Source: Marsupella aquatica
Taxonomy: Eukaryota; Plantae; Marchantiophyta
Direction of reading: 5' to 3'
DNA length: 64,000 bases
Assembly (NCBI GenBank): GCA_973895155.1
Contig: OZ316896.1
Span: 22,835,722-22,899,721 of the forward strand
Each line of letters opens with the position of its first letter. Position 1 is the stretch's first letter. Made by a program: the position numbers and the translations under genes. The notes under the pieces were generated by a model. That model ran no database searches. It was not told the origin of the DNA and saw only the letters and a list, made by a program, of their open reading frames with translations. Positions 60,229 through 64,000 of this stretch are shown here, piece after piece.

Positions 60229-61446
60229 GGGGCATGCCTTGAAGAAGACGCATATACGCCCAGCTAGGGAATGAAGTTGAGTGAACGTATTTTATTAAGA
60301 ACCTATTCGCTCCACTACACTTGGCAATGGTTCATGATCTGCTCCATTCTACTCCGACAGCTCTCAAAATTCAACAAATTCAGAGTATGTTCATGTTCTT
60401 TTCCATTCGACCCCGAGGCCTCTCAAAATTCAACAAAACAATTCAACAAAATTAGATTACATGGGACGCTGAATTTGCAGGTTGGTTGTATCCGTCCGAA
60501 GATCTCAGCGTCCCACCTCTTCCCTGTTCGATCAAATCATGCGTGAATCAGAGGCCGAAATGAGCGACAGTAGAGTAACACGTATATCACCATGGTAGGT
60601 TCACCTACGACAAGGTTCATTCCAGAAATGTTGACTAGCTTGCTCGCCAAACCCATCCTCACTCCCTTCAGAATAAGTACACCTACTCGCCCTCCTCATT
60701 TCTCATCAATCAATGCCATCGACGCAAAGTATAGAATACGCATTGAAGATGTGTGAACGACCGTGCACGACCGAATCTGAATGCCATCTGTACCTAAGAA
60801 TGTCGTCAAAGCTCTCAAGACAGAGAGCGTCCCAGGCTTCAGAGCACAGATTGATCCGCACTCTTGCTGATTAGTAATGGTTGTTTGACTTGTAAAATGA
60901 ACGTGATTTCCACCGACAGAGCAAAAATCAGTACGACCACTAACTCTTGCCTACTGCCTCTTCGTTCGATGGTTTCCGCATTTTTCGTAGGGCGGGCAGG
61001 GCTACCTAAGCCACCCTCGCGGCAATTCTGGGCACATGCGTCTAGGGCGGACCAGCTGCCGGTCTGGGCGAGGCGACGGGGCAGAGCCTGGGAAGGCAGA
61101 GCAAAAAACTTGCGTCTGAGCAAGGGGGGTTGAAGGACCATGACGAGCCTGGGAGGAAAAGAGCCTTCCACGGAGATGAAAACTTCGAAGCCCAATTTTG
61201 CCCGCTTGCAGTCACAGATTTCCAGAGATTTCCAGCTGACAAAGTGAAATGAATCCTATCCTTTATGCTAGTGCGGCGATTCTTTTAAAGATTTGCCATA
61301 GGATTCTGCAGAGCAGGATTATGGTAGTGAATTCTGGGACATTCTTCGTCAATAGGATCGCTTGTGGGTGTGCTTCAACGTTGAGAATAAGCGGGGTGGT
61401 GAGAGTCGTGTACGTAGCTAGAGCAGCTGAAGAGACACAGAAGAAG

Positions 61447-61778
61447 CGTTGGAAATGAACCACACTCGAACGAAGATGGATACCCCCACAAAGGGCCTGT
61501 AGCTCAGTGGTAGAGCACTACGATGTACACGGGAGGTCCTAGGTTCAATTCCTAGCCGGTCCATGCTGCTGAAAGTTCCAACATGGTATCAGAGCCAAAG
61601 AAAAGGAGTTTCCCTTGTAGCGAGTGCGGCTCAAGGGTGGGTGTTGGAAATGAACCACACTCGAACGAAGATGGATACCCCCACAAAGGGCCTGTAGCTC
61701 AGTGGTAGAGCACTACGATGTACACGGGAGGTCCTAGGTTCAATTCCTAGCCGGTCCATGCTGCTGAAAGTTCCAACA
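61447..61778 (+). mobile_element. 332-bp TRIM with tRNA-like sequence in both LTRs (Helenus-type)
   Basis: 137-bp LTRs at 61447-61583 and 61642-61778 differing at one base; PBS TGGTATCAGAGCC; PPT aagggtggg; 5-bp TSD agaag; tRNA-like segments at 61493-61563 and 61688-61758. Confidence 0.93.
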
Positions 61779-62881
61779 AGAAGAAGAACAATAGAGAGAG
61801 AGACCAGAACTTACGAAAGCGTTTATTCTCAAATCTGTACAGAGAGTGCTCATTACCGTGGCAATCGCCCAGGATCTTAATGCGTCTCTCTCGCTGGTGG
61901 GTTTGAAAATAAATTCTGAGTTCCAATTTCTGTCTCTCTCAATATGGACTCTCCGGTAGCCAACTCTTCGTCTCATCTCTCTCTGTGGACTTGGAAGGTA
62001 CTTCGGTCGTCTTTCTGTTTCTCTCCGGCCATTTATGGTCCATAAATTAGCCAATTTGGGTCCTTGGGGACTTCAAATTGATTCACTCATCCTCCGTCCA
62101 CGAGAATTTGGAAAATCGATACTCTTTGGGCTGTGTTCTGTTGATGCTGACGAATGTATTCTTCTTTCTTTCCTATGTCCCTGCCAGGGGAGTTGGAAGG
62201 CAATTTGCTGTCCCGCTCTCTGACAGTCCGCAACCCTCAATCGTCGAGTATAGAACTCAGACGTCAGTGCAGGAATTTGATTGTTCTATGGACGGTACTG
62301 GAAAATGATGGTCCCATGGACCGAGCCGTGAACCCTGGAACCCCATGGACTGAAATATTTAACGCCTTCACTCATCGACTCCATTCTTGTCTCCAAAATC
62401 ATTTCAACAGAAAGTTTGAGTTTCAATATCTCGCTTGATATCCAACAGAATAGGCTCGTCTTGGGGTGGTTAAAAGCAACTGGGAAAGATCTTTCAAACC
62501 AGTCTAGTGTCTCCAATTTTCATGAATTATTGAGAAACTTGTGAATTTGTAAAGATCACTCCATCATGTCCACACTTCGGGCTTCCAAATGTTTTCTGAA
62601 GCTGCCTTTGACATTTAGTGTCTCCCTCGATATCAAATGGAATCTGATTTGTTGTAATATGCTCGAAACTTATGGGAAAGATATTTCCAATGAGCCTATT
62701 ATAGTCAAATTTCATTAAGAATTAAGACACCTAAGACGAGCGTCTAGTATTCTTCCCACATTTCACTCGTCACAATAACCTCCACAGGTTAAAATGTGTG
62801 ACTATCATAGGCGAGATCGCAGGTCACAAGTCTGAAGGTACATATGCAACGTAGGATCAATCTGTTGAAACCCAGTCAGAG

Positions 62882-62920
62882 TCCCTCACCGAAATCCCTC
62901 ACCGAAATCCCTCACCGAAA
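62882..62920. repeat. 13-bp tandem repeat x3
   Basis: tccctcaccgaaa three times. Confidence 0.8.
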
Positions 62921-64000
62921 TTGTAGGGGAGGGAACAAGTTATCAAGAAAATGCTGCGAGGGGAACAGAGAAGCTGAGGAAATCACTTATAGGCGGTGAT
63001 AGTAAGACTGTTGAAGATTTGAAGATCCATCCAACAAAACCAAGGTATTCCGTGAAGGTAAACCTTTTGGGGATGTGGATAATTAGTGTTTGTTGTTTGT
63101 AATGTGCAATTACCAACGAGGCGGGTAGTACTGTGCAAAATGGATGCCAACCAGCATGCAGAGTATCTCAGAAGAAGCGTAAGCCAAACCTTGCATCCAC
63201 TGACGCAAATGTCAAGCCGATCAGGGTTGAGAAAGGGAAGTCCGTGGTCATGGTGTGGAAGACCTTTGAACATTCTGACAAGGGAAAGGCTATGCTGGAG
63301 AGGAGTACGATGAAGAAGATTACAACGGGGATTGGGCCAGTCTTGAAGTCGAATGGGTGCCGAGACGAAGGACAGTCGTCGACCCTATACAAGTGGCATT
63401 GTTGGGCAGATTCCAAAATTGACAAACTGTTTTAAGGTGATGAAATGTATCCACAAATCACATAATTATGAGCCTGTGTGGGGATTTCAAGAGGATAAAA
63501 TGTATAAACATATCATTCGATCATAAACCATTGTGGCCAAGAGATTCATTTGCAGATAGGATGTTTGATAGACAGGGAAGTAAGTTTAATTAATGTCACG
63601 CGAGGATAATACAGATAGGAGATATCTACGTACATGGAAGCTAGATTGGTAAGAGTCAACGATAGCTCCTTATCATCAACGGGCTGTGCTTTTCTGTAAT
63701 GTACAACAATAAAGTTTTCGCTCTGCAGTCAGACAATACCCGCAAGAAATCTCAATTACTTTGACGTTGTTTTCTGCGGAGGATTGTGAATTGCACTTCC
63801 GGAAGTGTAAACTGTCAGTAGTTTGAAAATTGTCGGTCAATCTGAAGTGTACATTTTGAATTGAATGTAGATTGCTGTGCATCGAAATAGAATGTTAATT
63901 GTGTGAACCGAGATGGTGGTTCTGCCAGATAGCAATTCAAACGTTTGTCGACAAAAATTAATAATGAATAAACTTAGGAGACGTGGCCGGGCAGGATGCA

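Noticed and set aside
61493-61758. Two apparent tRNA genes
   Set aside because: They lie inside the two LTRs of a TSD-flanked TRIM and the anticodon arm pairs poorly; treated as tRNA-derived promoter sequence.
62035-63435. Short ORFs that might be a decayed gene
   Set aside because: No recognisable domain or consistent frame.

Overview
Eukaryotic land-plant nuclear DNA: GT-AG introns, TTTAGGG repeats, CYP71-clan P450s, F-box/kelch genes and an ABCG gene. A bryophyte/liverwort-like origin is my inference only. The backbone is a rearranged tandem segmental duplication with three F-box/kelch copies, one intact and one truncated ABCG half-transporter, and four P450 pseudogenes or fragments; two rearrangement junctions are patched with telomere repeats. 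Insertions include a decayed full-length Copia retrotransposon (27194-32508), solo LTRs, a TRIM with tRNA-like LTRs (61447-61778) and, most notably, a 17.6-kb TIR DNA transposon (32685-50323, 4-bp TSD TGAG). That element encodes a DDD transposase (Sola/DUF7869-like) and a convergent three-exon gene fusing a ParB/Srx-like domain to a prokaryotic-type beta-class DNA amino-methyltransferase. Its introns and intergenic spacers carry about 20 copies of a 14-bp palindrome (CGATAAATTTATCG), several amplified within unrelated tandem repeats. This suggests a transposon-encoded DNA-marking or self-recognition system. Both main genes carry nonsense lesions in this copy. All calls were made by eye without database searches.
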